Sequence record: DRR723986_576
DNA length: 64,000 bases
Direction: 5' to 3' (one strand)
Below are positions 52,109-62,256 of this stretch, piece by piece. How positions within the stretch are numbered: the stretch's first letter is position 1; each line of letters opens with the position of its first letter. Below the pieces are notes generated by a model that was not told where the DNA came from, ran no database searches, and saw only the letters and a program-made list of their open reading frames with translations. The position numbers were made by a program, and so were the translations under genes.

Positions 52109-53365
52109 CTAAAACACCAGCTCCACGCGTGTGCCTTTTCCCTGCTCACTGTGCACGGCGATCTGCCAGCCGTAGCGGTCACAAATTCTGCGCACCATAT
52201 TTAGCCCCAGACCCGTGCCCTCGGTTTTGGTTGTGTAGCTTCGCTCAAAGATATTAGGTAAGTCGGCGGCGGCAATCCCCTTCCCGGTGTCGCGAATACT
52301 CAAAGTATCGCCCTTGAGATGAATACTCACTGTGCCGCCAGCACTGTGTTCAATAGCGTTGCGCAGTAAATTTGTCAGGGTGATTTTGAGTAAACTTTCC
52401 GGTACTCGCAGCGCCAAGGGCTTATCAACCACCGTCTTCACGGTAATATCTGCCGCCGAAAACGCCTCCTCTAAATCGTCGACTAACTGGCGTAGCACAT
52501 CGGCGACTTCGCAACTCGCTTTCTGACTGATTGAGCGCTCCTCTTCACGGGATAGAAATAACGCCGCTTCGATAAACGCCAGCATGTCGCGACACGCGCG
52601 ACGAATACGGCTGGCAGCACGCTGCGTCGGCGGGCTAGGCGCATTCGCTTCGATAACATCAACGGCGCCCATCATCACCGAGAGCGGTGTGCGTAATTCG
52701 TGACTCGCCGCAGCGGTAAACGAGCGCTCGCGCTCTACGAACTGATCGATGCGCTCCAAGTAGGCGTCAAACGCTGCGGCGATTTGGCCGATGTCACTGT
52801 CATTAAACTCCTGCTGAATTCTCACGTTGCGCTGGGTTGGTGAAAGACTGCTGAGCCGCCCGGACAACCTTCTCACTGGCTCAAGAATGGTATCAGCGGC
52901 CTTGCCGGCTATCAGTAACGCCAACACCAAAACAATGACAACGCCCATCAACAGAAAACTGAGCAAGGTGTGCTCCTGACGCTCCCATTCAGAAATGTCG
53001 TAGAGCAGATATATTTTTTCGTCGCTGGCCCGCGCGACTTGCAGGTGATACTGCACCCCGTCGAGCAGCACACTGTGGTGTGTCCCCAGGGGCAAGCTGC
53101 GAATGGCTTCCGGTAAGTGCTGAGCGTTGCTGCCGCGATAGTAGCGCCACTCATTCAGGAGCGGGTTATTGAGCACACTGGCCTTGTCTGGGTCTTCCAC
53201 CAACATGTCAATGTGCTTGCCAACGATATTTCCGAAGGTGGCTTTTTCCAATTGCTGCTTGATCAGCAATAGGCCACCGGCAAACAAGGTGCTCGTTGCG
53301 GTGACAATAATAGCCGTACTCAGAATTAATCGGCGCCGTAGCGTCTGTACTTTTTTCCCGCTCAC
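52109..53365 (-). CDS. Sensor histidine kinase, ColS-like
   Basis: Two TMs, HAMP, H-box ASHELRTPL, N/G boxes and a periplasmic ExxE (WERQE) before TM2. Confidence 0.9.
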   Translation of the reverse strand: MSGKKVQTLRRRLILSTAIIVTATSTLFAGGLLLIKQQLEKATFGNIVGKHIDMLVEDPDKASVLNNPLLNEWRYYRGSNAQHLPEAIRSLPLGTHHSVLLDGVQYHLQVARASDEKIYLLYDISEWERQEHTLLSFLLMGVVIVLVLALLIAGKAADTILEPVRRLSGRLSSLSPTQRNVRIQQEFNDSDIGQIAAAFDAYLERIDQFVERERSFTAAASHELRTPLSVMMGAVDVIEANAPSPPTQRAASRIRRACRDMLAFIEAALFLSREEERSISQKASCEVADVLRQLVDDLEEAFSAADITVKTVVDKPLALRVPESLLKITLTNLLRNAIEHSAGGTVSIHLKGDTLSIRDTGKGIAAADLPNIFERSYTTKTEGTGLGLNMVRRICDRYGWQIAVHSEQGKGTRVELVF

Positions 53366-54042
53366 TCGCCCCCCAACGCCACCAAGCGATAACCGACACC
53401 ATGAACGGTATGCAGCAGGTGGGTATCAAATGGTTTATCGATAATTGCTCGCAAGCTGTATATGTGGGTACGCAATATATCTTTATCGGGCGGATGGTCC
53501 CCCCATACACGCTGTTCCAACTGTGCTCGCTTAACCACATTGGGACTGTGCTGCATAAGGCACTGCAACAAGGTGGTTTGAATGGGGTTCAAATCCAGGG
53601 CCTGCCCGCCGCGATTAACCTCCAGCGTTTGAAGATTAAAATTCAGATCGGCAACCTGCATTGTGTTCAATTGCTCGCTGGGATTTAAGCGCTTTAGCAG
53701 GGCTAGCAAGCGAGCTTCTAACTCCTTAACGGAAAACGGTTTAACAAGATAATCGTCGGCACCCACCTCAAAACCAAGCAGTTTGTCGTCTAGCTGATCA
53801 CGTGCGGTCAACATTATTACCGGCGTCATACCGTGATGGGCTCGCAGGTTTTTACACAGTTCAATGCCGTCCATTTTTGGCAGAGTAAGATCCAACACAA
53901 TAGCGTCGAAATCTCCTGACAGCGCCAACGCCAAGCCTTGTCTACCGTCCATTGCAAAGTCCAGCTGGTGCCCTCGGGGCTCCAGGTAGTCAGCGATGTT
54001 CTCCGCGATATCGCGGTTGTCTTCAACGATCAGTAAGTTCAT
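53362..54042 (-). CDS. OmpR-family response regulator, ColR-like
   Basis: VEDNRDI..N.ADYL, MLTARDQLDD and IDKPF...LHTVHGVGYRL closely follow Pseudomonas ColR. Confidence 0.9.
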   Translation of the reverse strand: MNLLIVEDNRDIAENIADYLEPRGHQLDFAMDGRQGLALALSGDFDAIVLDLTLPKMDGIELCKNLRAHHGMTPVIMLTARDQLDDKLLGFEVGADDYLVKPFSVKELEARLLALLKRLNPSEQLNTMQVADLNFNLQTLEVNRGGQALDLNPIQTTLLQCLMQHSPNVVKRAQLEQRVWGDHPPDKDILRTHIYSLRAIIDKPFDTHLLHTVHGVGYRLVALGGE

Positions 54043-54105
54043 CTATGTCTTTGCCAGTCCTTGCCTACCTGCCCCTCACCGTGCCACCAATTTATCACGG
54101 TAAAC

Positions 54106-54165
54106 GCCAAAAGAATGTCAAATCTCGCTTCATAGATAGCGCCGCAATGTCGACATATTTTTGAC
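54106..54165. promoter_or_regulatory. Two divergent ColR-box-like sites
   Basis: Plus strand TCGACATATTTTTGAC (54150-54165) and minus strand TTGACATTCTTTTGGC (54121-54106) resemble the ColR consensus YYNASNNYTTTTTSAC. Confidence 0.55.
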
Positions 54166-54180
54166 AACTGCCCCCGTACC

Positions 54181-54200
54181 CTAGGGCCTGTTAACACTAA
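54181..54200 (+). repeat. 20-bp dispersed repeat, copy 3 (IS5/MITE-end-like)
   Basis: CTAGGGCCTGTTAACACTAA, ending 12 bp before the TolC-like start. Confidence 0.5.
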
Positions 54201-54212
54201 CTCTCGGCGGAC

Positions 54213-55502
54213 ATGAATGTGAAAGCTCTCTTATTCTTTGGCCGGTGCTGCGCAGTACTCAGCGCGGTTGCTATCGCGCTTCCGGCAACCGCTGCCGCCG
54301 TGCATGACGGCGAAGCGGTCGACCACCCTCACACCGAACACCCCCATCTGGCGGCTAGCCCGACCCTGACTATTGAACAGGTACTTAATGCCGCGCTGCG
54401 CCTTGCCCCGGAGCAATCAATGGGCGATGCCTACCAGCAGCAGGCGACTTCACAGCAGCAAGTGAGCCGCCGAATGATCGCCGGACGCCCCCGCCTCAAT
54501 GCAAGTTATTGGGACGACCAGAACGCCGATGATACAGGCCTGAGGGAAATGGAATTGGGTCTGGAGGTAGACCTTTGGCGCTGGGGCGAGCGCAGTAATG
54601 CCCAATCGCTAGCGCGAAGCTATGCCAGCGGCGCCGACGCTTGGCAGGACTATCAACGGCTGATCGTCGTTGGCAGGCTGCGCAACGCACTGCACCAACT
54701 CAATGCCAGCACAGCGCGCCGGGAACACGCCGTGAACGCGGTGGCCGACGCCCAGGCACTGCTCACCGTTAGTGAAAAGCGTTTACGCGCTGGCGATATT
54801 TCCCGGGCTGCGCGAATGCAAAGCGAAGCATTGCTACTTGAAGCGCGCCAGCAGCTGCTTAATGCCGATGCAGAATTAGTCGATGCCGAGCGCCTTTACA
54901 TAACCTTGACCGGTCTGCGGCAGCGCCCGGCGCAATTCAGTGAAACGCCGCCAGCGCGACAAAACATCAGCACGCAGCACCCCCGGCTGCGCCTATTGCT
55001 GGCGAAACGCCAACAGCAACAGGACCGCCTGAACCAAGCCCGCCACGCTGCCGCAGGAAACACCACGTTGGCGATTGGCGTGCGTCGAGAGCGCGGCAGC
55101 AACATAGAGCCAGAGATAGAAAGCCTGGGGCTCAGCCTGTCCATCCCCTTTGGCGGCGCCTCCTATACCGCAGCGGCCAGCTCCAATGCGGCCATTGCAT
55201 TGAGCGACGCGGACATTGAGCTAAAGCAGGCGCAACAGCAGTTACAACAGCGCTTTCATGAAGTTGAACACGAGCTTGATGTGATCGCCGAATCCATTAC
55301 CTATGCCGAGCAGTCACGTGATTTGTCAAAACGCCAATGGCAAATGGCCAAAAAAGCCTTCGCCACGGGAGAGTCGGATATTCGACCTACCATTGTTGCC
55401 CTACAGCACTATCGCGCAAGCCAGTTGCAATGGCAGCTGCTCACGCTGCGTCAGCAAGCCTTGATTTCCTCCCTAAGACAAACCGTTGGAGAAACCCTAT
55501 GA
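54213..55502 (+). CDS. TolC/CzcC-family outer-membrane efflux protein
   Basis: Signal peptide, His-rich N-terminus and two helical repeats (RAGDIS, FATGESD); first gene of an RND operon. Confidence 0.85.
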   Translation: MNVKALLFFGRCCAVLSAVAIALPATAAAVHDGEAVDHPHTEHPHLAASPTLTIEQVLNAALRLAPEQSMGDAYQQQATSQQQVSRRMIAGRPRLNASYWDDQNADDTGLREMELGLEVDLWRWGERSNAQSLARSYASGADAWQDYQRLIVVGRLRNALHQLNASTARREHAVNAVADAQALLTVSEKRLRAGDISRAARMQSEALLLEARQQLLNADAELVDAERLYITLTGLRQRPAQFSETPPARQNISTQHPRLRLLLAKRQQQQDRLNQARHAAAGNTTLAIGVRRERGSNIEPEIESLGLSLSIPFGGASYTAAASSNAAIALSDADIELKQAQQQLQQRFHEVEHELDVIAESITYAEQSRDLSKRQWQMAKKAFATGESDIRPTIVALQHYRASQLQWQLLTLRQQALISSLRQTVGETL

Positions 55503-56602
55503 CATTTTTTTTGAATCGCCCCCAGCGCGTATTAACGGCTCTGGCCTTTATAGCGCTACCGGGTTTGTGCTCCGCGGAACGCATTGTCCTGTCAACGGAA
55601 GACCAGGCCCGCCTTGGCATTGTTAGCCAAGCACTAGATGCCGCTGGCAGCCAATCCGGCATGCGGGTTCCGGCGGTGGTGATCCCCTCGCCCGACACGC
55701 CGTCGATTCTACAAAGCCGCTACGCCGGGGTCCTGCAACACTGGCATCAAACCGGCGGCGCGCAGTTAGAGGCCGGAGATATTGTCGCCACCCTCAATAG
55801 TGCGGAACTCGCGCAGACACAGCAGCAGTGGCTGGACGCCTCGGTCGAGCTTGCAAACCAACAGGCGAAGCTCAAACGCGATCGCGAGCTTTTCAGCGAG
55901 GGCATTATTTCCCGCCAGCGTCTGGAACAGACCCAGCGGGCCTACCAGCAAGCTCGCTTCAAACGAGAGGCGACGAATAACCAACTACAGCTCGCCGGCT
56001 TTGATACCAAGGCCTTAGAAGCGCTGCGCGATGGCCAGGGTAAGCCCGGCGACTATCCGCTGATTGCGCAGCAGCCCGGCCAACTCAATCGTCACTTTAT
56101 TCGCATTGGCGACCAGGTTGCGGCCGGTCAGACCGTCGCGACGATTACCTCAACGCAAGCACTGTGGTTGCGCGCCGCCGTCAGTGCGCCACTAGCCGAT
56201 GGCCTGACACTTGGGCAAACACTTCAGGCGACCACGGGAAGCCAACACGCGTCGCTGATACTGGTCAGTAAAAACCATCAGCTTAACGATGACACCCAGC
56301 GGGTAGAGGTCCTCGCGCGCTTCACCGAGGCCACCGACCTTCGCCCCGGTCAGAGCCTGAGTTTGGTGCTTTCAAGTGCGCACAGCGGTGTTCGAGTGCC
56401 CGCTAGCGCAGTCACCCATAGCGGCTCGATCACCTCTATCTACCTGCGCAATAACGAGGGTTTCGAGAAGCGCGATGTGCAGCTAACGCCGCTCGGGGCA
56501 GACTACCTTGCCACCGACACGCTTGCGCCCGGCGACACTGTCGCTGTTGAGGGAACCGCGCAACTCAAAGGCATAACACTGGGCCTGGGAGGCGGCGAAT
56601 AA
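55499..56602 (+). CDS. RND periplasmic adaptor (CzcB-like)
   Basis: RDRELFSEGIIS hairpin, lipoyl-like GDQVAAGQ and LRPGQ...VPASAV; start ATG 55499. Confidence 0.88.
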   Translation: MTFFLNRPQRVLTALAFIALPGLCSAERIVLSTEDQARLGIVSQALDAAGSQSGMRVPAVVIPSPDTPSILQSRYAGVLQHWHQTGGAQLEAGDIVATLNSAELAQTQQQWLDASVELANQQAKLKRDRELFSEGIISRQRLEQTQRAYQQARFKREATNNQLQLAGFDTKALEALRDGQGKPGDYPLIAQQPGQLNRHFIRIGDQVAAGQTVATITSTQALWLRAAVSAPLADGLTLGQTLQATTGSQHASLILVSKNHQLNDDTQRVEVLARFTEATDLRPGQSLSLVLSSAHSGVRVPASAVTHSGSITSIYLRNNEGFEKRDVQLTPLGADYLATDTLAPGDTVAVEGTAQLKGITLGLGGGE

Positions 56603-59600
56603 TGCTCTCACAACTGGTTCAGTTCTCGCTTAGCCAACGGCTGTTAATCGGCTTGCTCACCCTATTGCTGATTGGCTTGGGCGGCCGCGCGGTTACAAAT
56701 ATCGCCATCGATGCCTTTCCTGATATTTCACCAACGCAGGTCAAGATCATTATCAAGTCGCCGGGCATGACACCGGAGGAAGTTGAAAACCTGATTACCC
56801 AACCCATTGAGGTGGAGCTGCTGGGCATCGCGCGCCAATCCATGCTGCGCTCCATTTCCAAGTACGCCCTGTCCGCCATCACCCTCGATTTTGAAGAGGG
56901 CACCGATATTTACTGGGCGCGCCAACAAGTCGCCGAGCGCATGAATAATATCTGGGACGAACTGCCTGCCGGTATCAGCGGTGGGCTGGCGCCCATGAGT
57001 ACCCCGCTCGGCGATATGTTTATGTTTACTGTCGACAACCCCACCATGTCACTGAGTGAGCGCCGCTACTTACTTGACTGGACGATACGACCGGCGCTGC
57101 GCACCGTGGAGGGCGTGGCCGATGTAAACGCACTGGGCGGCTTCGTTAAAACCTATGAAGTGGCGCCGCGTCGCGCCGATATGGCGACACTGAAAGTCAG
57201 CACCGAGCAGATCATTGAGGCCCTGCAACGCAATAACCGCAACGATGGCGCGGGGCGCCTCGACCAAGGTGAAGAGGCCATTCTGGTGCGCGTGGCTGGC
57301 GCGCTCACCTCGCTGGAGGAAATCGCAAACATTCGTATCAGCAATGTCGATGGCAACAGCTTTGCCCTGCGTCAATTAGCCGATATTCGACTCGGCGCCA
57401 TGGAGCGGTACGGCTCAGTGACCGTAGATGGAAACAGCGAGGCCGTGCAAGGGCTCGTCATTGGCCTGCGCGGCGCGAATGCCCGCCATGTAGTGGAAGG
57501 CGTGAAGGAAAAGCTGGCTGAGTTGCAGCCGGCACTGCCAGACGGCACCGAATTAAATGTGTTCTACGACCGCAGCCAGCTCATTGAACAAGCAACTGGC
57601 ACCGTCGGCGAGGCGTTATTGCAAGCGGTATTGTTGGTGCTGATTGTGCTCGGCCTATTTCTCGGCAACGTGCGCGCCGCGCTCACCGTGGCCAGCATTT
57701 TGCCGTTGTCGGCACTGTTTACCTTTTTCATGATGGATCAAATGGGCATGAGCGCCAATTTGATGAGCCTGGGCGGCTTAGTCATCGCGATTGGCATGTT
57801 AGTGGACTCCGCCATTGTCGTGGTTGAAAACATGGTCTCACTAATGGCCAGGCATCAAACCAATACCGCGTCTTCACGTCGCTTGCCACTGCTGCATATT
57901 CTGTTTCGCGCCGTGAAAGATGTCGCCGTGCCGGTGACCTCTGGCGTGGTCATCATCGTCATCGTCTTCCTGCCGCTGCTTACGTTAGAGGGCTTGGAGG
58001 GCAAGCTGTTTGTTCCCGTGGCGCTGACCATCGTCTTCGCATTATTTGGGGCGCTGGCCATGTCGCTAACCGTCATACCAGTGATCGCCTCGCTCCTGCT
58101 AAAGAAAACCAGCGATCGAGAGCCGTGGCTCAGCCGAAAACTCATCGCCCTGTATGCCCCGCTACTGGAAAAAGCCCTGCAACGACCGGCTATTGTGGTC
58201 GCCTTTGCCGCTACACTGCTGGCCGGTATGGCGCTGCTCTTTCCCTTTGTGGGCAAGACCTTTATGCCAACCATGGACGAAGGTGACCTCATTGTGCAGC
58301 TTGAATCAATTCCGTCGGTAAACCTCGACAGTGGCATTCGCATGGTGCAGCAGGTGGAGCGGGCGCTGCTTGAAAACGTCGATGAAATTGCACGTATTGT
58401 TTCTCGTAGTGGTTCCGATGAAATCGGCATGGACCCAATGGGTCTGAACGAAACGGATGTGTTCCTTCAGCTCAAACCACGCGATCAATGGCAGGTTGCA
58501 GACAAGGCCGCATTGCAAGAAAAAATGCGCGCGGTGCTCGAGCAATTCCCGGGAATCAATTACGGCTTTACCCAGCCCATTGATATGCGCGTGTCAGAAA
58601 TGCTTACCGGCTCGCGGGGCGATATTGCCATTAAAGTGTTCGGGCCCGACCTCAAAACACTTAACCGCTTGGCGCAGGCAATTAGCGAAGTGGTGGGCGC
58701 TGTCGACGGCGCCGTCGACACCACCGCCACCCTCAATGAAGGTGCGCAGTATTTGCAGGTGAATATCGACCGCCTGCGCGCGGGTCAACTCGGCCTGAAT
58801 GCCGATACCCTGCAGCGCCGCCTGCGTGCCGAAATCGAAGGTTTACCCCTTGGCAATATTATTGAACATAGTGCACGGGTTCCGCTGGTACTGCGCTTTG
58901 AAAAACCCCTTGGTGATGGCATGGCCCAGCTGCAAAACAGCTTGCTCACACTGCCCAACGGCAAGGTGGTACCGCTGTCTTCTCTGGCGAGTATCGAACT
59001 CACCGATGGGCCGGTTGGCGTATCACGCGAGACCGGACGACGCTTCGCCGTTGTGCGCAGCAACGTGGCGGGGCGCGACTTAGTCGGCTTTGTCGATGAA
59101 GCCAAAACGGCTATTGCAGCGCAGCTATCTCTCCCCGAAGGTTATTCGCTGATGTGGGGCGGCCAGTTTGAAAACCAGCAGCGCGCCGCCGCGCGCCTGG
59201 GCTTGGTGGTGCCAGTTGCCTTGGGGCTCATCGCCCTGTTGCTGTTCATTACATTTGGCTCACTCAAACAGACCCTGATCATTCTCTCGAATATTCCCTT
59301 CGCCCTCACGGGTGGCGTGGTCGCGCTCTGGCTCACCGGAGAGTTTCTGTCGGTACCGGCCTCGGTGGGCTTTATCGCGTTGCTGGGCATCGCGGTAATG
59401 AACGGCGTGGTGATGATGTCGTATTTTAATCAGCTGCGCGCCAAGGGGCTGGATATCCAAACGGTGGTGACAGAAGGTGCGGTGCGACGCCTGCGCCCCG
59501 TCATGATGACGGCGACGACCTGCGCACTGGGGCTGGTGCCGCTGCTACTGGCCAGCGGCCCCGGTTCAGAAATACAAAAGCCATTGGCCATTGTTGTGAT

Positions 59601-59697
59601 CGGTGGACTGACAAGCTCCACCCTGCTCACCTTATTCCTGCTACCCATCATTTACCGCCGTTTCCACCACGCCCTCACCACCGCGGAGCAAGTCTGA
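56602..59697 (+). CDS. CusA/CzcA-family heavy-metal RND permease
   Basis: IDAFPDI..QV, ANLMSLGG, GMLVDSAIVVVEN and RLRPVMMTA; 1031 aa. Confidence 0.95.
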   Translation: MLSQLVQFSLSQRLLIGLLTLLLIGLGGRAVTNIAIDAFPDISPTQVKIIIKSPGMTPEEVENLITQPIEVELLGIARQSMLRSISKYALSAITLDFEEGTDIYWARQQVAERMNNIWDELPAGISGGLAPMSTPLGDMFMFTVDNPTMSLSERRYLLDWTIRPALRTVEGVADVNALGGFVKTYEVAPRRADMATLKVSTEQIIEALQRNNRNDGAGRLDQGEEAILVRVAGALTSLEEIANIRISNVDGNSFALRQLADIRLGAMERYGSVTVDGNSEAVQGLVIGLRGANARHVVEGVKEKLAELQPALPDGTELNVFYDRSQLIEQATGTVGEALLQAVLLVLIVLGLFLGNVRAALTVASILPLSALFTFFMMDQMGMSANLMSLGGLVIAIGMLVDSAIVVVENMVSLMARHQTNTASSRRLPLLHILFRAVKDVAVPVTSGVVIIVIVFLPLLTLEGLEGKLFVPVALTIVFALFGALAMSLTVIPVIASLLLKKTSDREPWLSRKLIALYAPLLEKALQRPAIVVAFAATLLAGMALLFPFVGKTFMPTMDEGDLIVQLESIPSVNLDSGIRMVQQVERALLENVDEIARIVSRSGSDEIGMDPMGLNETDVFLQLKPRDQWQVADKAALQEKMRAVLEQFPGINYGFTQPIDMRVSEMLTGSRGDIAIKVFGPDLKTLNRLAQAISEVVGAVDGAVDTTATLNEGAQYLQVNIDRLRAGQLGLNADTLQRRLRAEIEGLPLGNIIEHSARVPLVLRFEKPLGDGMAQLQNSLLTLPNGKVVPLSSLASIELTDGPVGVSRETGRRFAVVRSNVAGRDLVGFVDEAKTAIAAQLSLPEGYSLMWGGQFENQQRAAARLGLVVPVALGLIALLLFITFGSLKQTLIILSNIPFALTGGVVALWLTGEFLSVPASVGFIALLGIAVMNGVVMMSYFNQLRAKGLDIQTVVTEGAVRRLRPVMMTATTCALGLVPLLLASGPGSEIQKPLAIVVIGGLTSSTLLTLFLLPIIYRRFHHALTTAEQV

Positions 59698-59993
59698 TGT
59701 CATCACAACAGCGACTGACCTTAACCATTGCACCAAACCTGGAAGACGCACTGAGCGACTACCTGCTCAGCCTTGAAGAAGTCGGTGGCTTTACCTCCTA
59801 CCCGGTGCGTGGCCACGGCGAAAACCGTCAGCTGTCGATAGCCGAGCAGGTGACCGGTCGGCAAAAGCGAATTCAGTTTGAATTAATTCTGGCAACGGAA
59901 GATGTACCACGTGTACTTGGCGGGCTGAAACAACACGTCGGCGGCGATATTTTTTTCTGGTATCAGGATATCAATGGCAGCGGCCGCTTATAG
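59697..59993 (+). CDS. DUF3240-family small protein (PII-like)
   Basis: GFTS..V.GHG...SIAEQVTGR; coupled to the RND permease. Confidence 0.8.
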   Translation: MSSQQRLTLTIAPNLEDALSDYLLSLEEVGGFTSYPVRGHGENRQLSIAEQVTGRQKRIQFELILATEDVPRVLGGLKQHVGGDIFFWYQDINGSGRL

Positions 59994-60076
59994 CAATAGC
60001 CAACTGCCGTGTAATGACGTCGTTAGTGGCCAAGTCTTGCAACTTGGCCATACCAACCGGAGCAATATCGCCCAGT

Positions 60077-62113
60077 TTAACTCTGCTGTAAGGTGCCAGC
60101 CGGCAAAGGCGCAGGCAGGTCGTCGCGCTGCCCCTGTGTTGCCGCCACAGTTCGACCATGCAACGTTACATCGTCGATCTGATTGCGGTAACGCGGTGCG
60201 GGCAGAGCACCTGGCTCGTCACCTGCAAAGCTGACCATCTGAAAACCGAGTACGTCCGGAGAACCGACGGTAAGTTTATCCTGCCACCAAAATTCGAAGA
60301 TAGCCTCCTCGGCGCTGAGATGAACAATGCCATAGCCGTGGTCAACCCACTCCTGGTATTGAATGTTTTTGTTGGCCATTACGCTGGCAAGCTCTAGTGC
60401 CCGGGCACCCGCAACCTGCACTTCCTCGGTGCTGCGCGGTAGCGCATTGGCCACTAGCTCGTCGGCGCCGCCACGACCCATTGAACTTGGCGCAAACTCC
60501 ACTCCCACCGAGGCTGCTCGATTATTAAGGGCCGCCAGATTTGCCGTACCGAGACGGCCATAACCTGCAGCAACATTACTGGGCCTTGATCCCGCGCGCG
60601 GGTTGGCCAGCGGCAATGAGGACTGATAGCCGTTAAACAACGCATTGTCTGCCACCAAGTCGCTCGCCCAGTTTCCGTGCATGTCGCCGGACAGAACAAT
60701 ATTGTTGGCGATATTGTTGTCACGCAGATAATCAAACCAGGCTTTGCGCTCCTCGGTAAAAGACGACCATCGGGTTTCGATAGGCGACCCAGGAACACTC
60801 GCCTCGGCCGTTGCCCCTGGAATATTCCACGGTGCCAGCCAGCTTTGATGGGGAATCACTCGCCAGACCTTGCCAGCGTCAGCCGAGGCCTTCATTTGTT
60901 CGGTAATAAAGTTAAATTGCTGGCGGCCGAGCAAGGACTGCCCGCTGCTTAAATGTGCGGAATAGTCATCGGCCAGCTCCTCGGTATTCAGCTGCCGGTA
61001 CAGTTCGATATCGGTACACAGAATATCGGCGAGCGCGCCGTACTCCAGCTTGCGCCATAACTGCTTCGGTAGTGGCGGCTCGGGGTAGCTGCCATCGTCA
61101 ACGCGCAATGGGTTGCCCGCCACGTCGGCGGGTGGCCGACAGGGCGTCCACAACCAGAATGCATCAATGGTCTGATCCAGAGTAGTGGTCTGACTATCAC
61201 GATCGATGCTGCTGTCGTCGAGCTCGTTGCCAAAGCCCGGGTCGATATCATGGTTGTCCCAAATAATTGTCCACGGATGCTGCTGGTGAGCGCGAAGTAA
61301 GTTTGGCTCAGACCGATACAGCGCATAGCGGCGACGCACCTCGTCAACGTTTAACCAATCTCGGTAGTCCACGTCGGAGATGGCATTGCGCTCGACGCCA
61401 TCGCGGTCAACCCGCGCCCGCACTTCCTCATCTTGGTCGACAAAATCGTAAATATAGTCCCCGAGGTGAATCACCAAATCCAAGTCGTTGCGGTCGGCAA
61501 TATGGCCATAACCCGACCAATAGCTGGACCAGTAGCTCGAACACGACACCACCGCAAAACGCAGCTCATCACTCGTGCTGCCGGCGTCGGGCGCAGTGCG
61601 TGTACGGCCCACAATCGACATTCTCTCGAAGGCGCCAAACGCATAGTAATACGTGGTGGCCGGGTTCAGGCCAGCGACATCGACCTTCACCGTCCAATCG
61701 CGTGCGGCGGATGTGGTCGTCGCGCCGCGCGCAACCACATTGTTTAACGCTGGATCGGTGGCGACCAGCCAATTCACCTGAGCCTCGTCAAAGCCCTGCG
61801 GATCGGCGACCAAGGGGCCCCGCGGGTCAGGGATCGTTACTCGCGTCCAAATGATCACTCGGTCCGATAAGGGATCACCAGAGGCAACGCCGTGAGCGAA
61901 GGGCAGCAGGCTATCCACCATTGGATAATCAAAGCCGCTCAGTTGCGTAAAATCCGCCACCTGAGGAGGATTATCATCGTCCGGTGGTGGCGTCTGACCG
62001 CCAGCGCGGCCCGATTTGCTGGAGGAATGACAACCGGTCAAAAAAGCCATCGAACTCGCGCTGGCAAGGCCAACCATGCCTTTCAGCAGGGTGCGACGTG
62101 AAACAGGGGGCAT
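60077..62113 (-). CDS. PhoD-family phosphatase, Tat-exported lipoprotein
   Basis: SRRTLLK and lipobox LTGC; FAHGVASGDP, HLGDYIYD, WDNHD and SGDMH. Confidence 0.88.
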   Translation of the reverse strand: MPPVSRRTLLKGMVGLASASSMAFLTGCHSSSKSGRAGGQTPPPDDDNPPQVADFTQLSGFDYPMVDSLLPFAHGVASGDPLSDRVIIWTRVTIPDPRGPLVADPQGFDEAQVNWLVATDPALNNVVARGATTTSAARDWTVKVDVAGLNPATTYYYAFGAFERMSIVGRTRTAPDAGSTSDELRFAVVSCSSYWSSYWSGYGHIADRNDLDLVIHLGDYIYDFVDQDEEVRARVDRDGVERNAISDVDYRDWLNVDEVRRRYALYRSEPNLLRAHQQHPWTIIWDNHDIDPGFGNELDDSSIDRDSQTTTLDQTIDAFWLWTPCRPPADVAGNPLRVDDGSYPEPPLPKQLWRKLEYGALADILCTDIELYRQLNTEELADDYSAHLSSGQSLLGRQQFNFITEQMKASADAGKVWRVIPHQSWLAPWNIPGATAEASVPGSPIETRWSSFTEERKAWFDYLRDNNIANNIVLSGDMHGNWASDLVADNALFNGYQSSLPLANPRAGSRPSNVAAGYGRLGTANLAALNNRAASVGVEFAPSSMGRGGADELVANALPRSTEEVQVAGARALELASVMANKNIQYQEWVDHGYGIVHLSAEEAIFEFWWQDKLTVGSPDVLGFQMVSFAGDEPGALPAPRYRNQIDDVTLHGRTVAATQGQRDDLPAPLPAGTLQQS

Positions 62114-62220
62114 ACCGAGCCTCTCTATGTTACAAATACTGTAAATGTGCAGTATTGCACGGACCTGTTACAAGCGTAAGAAAGCCGCTTAAGCCTTGCC
62201 TAGTGCTCGGCATCCACGTA

Positions 62221-62242
62221 TTTTGTACCAAACAGTACAGAA
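62221..62242. promoter_or_regulatory. Probable TetR autoregulatory operator
   Basis: TTTTGTAC-CAAACA-GTACAGAA inverted repeat just upstream of the TetR start. Confidence 0.6.
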
Positions 62243-62256
62243 CCGAGAAGCATACC

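Noticed and set aside
62127-62146. Pho-box-like ATGTTAC...CTGTAAA near phoD
   Set aside because: Spacing is 12 rather than 11 bp and the orientation is opposite to phoD.
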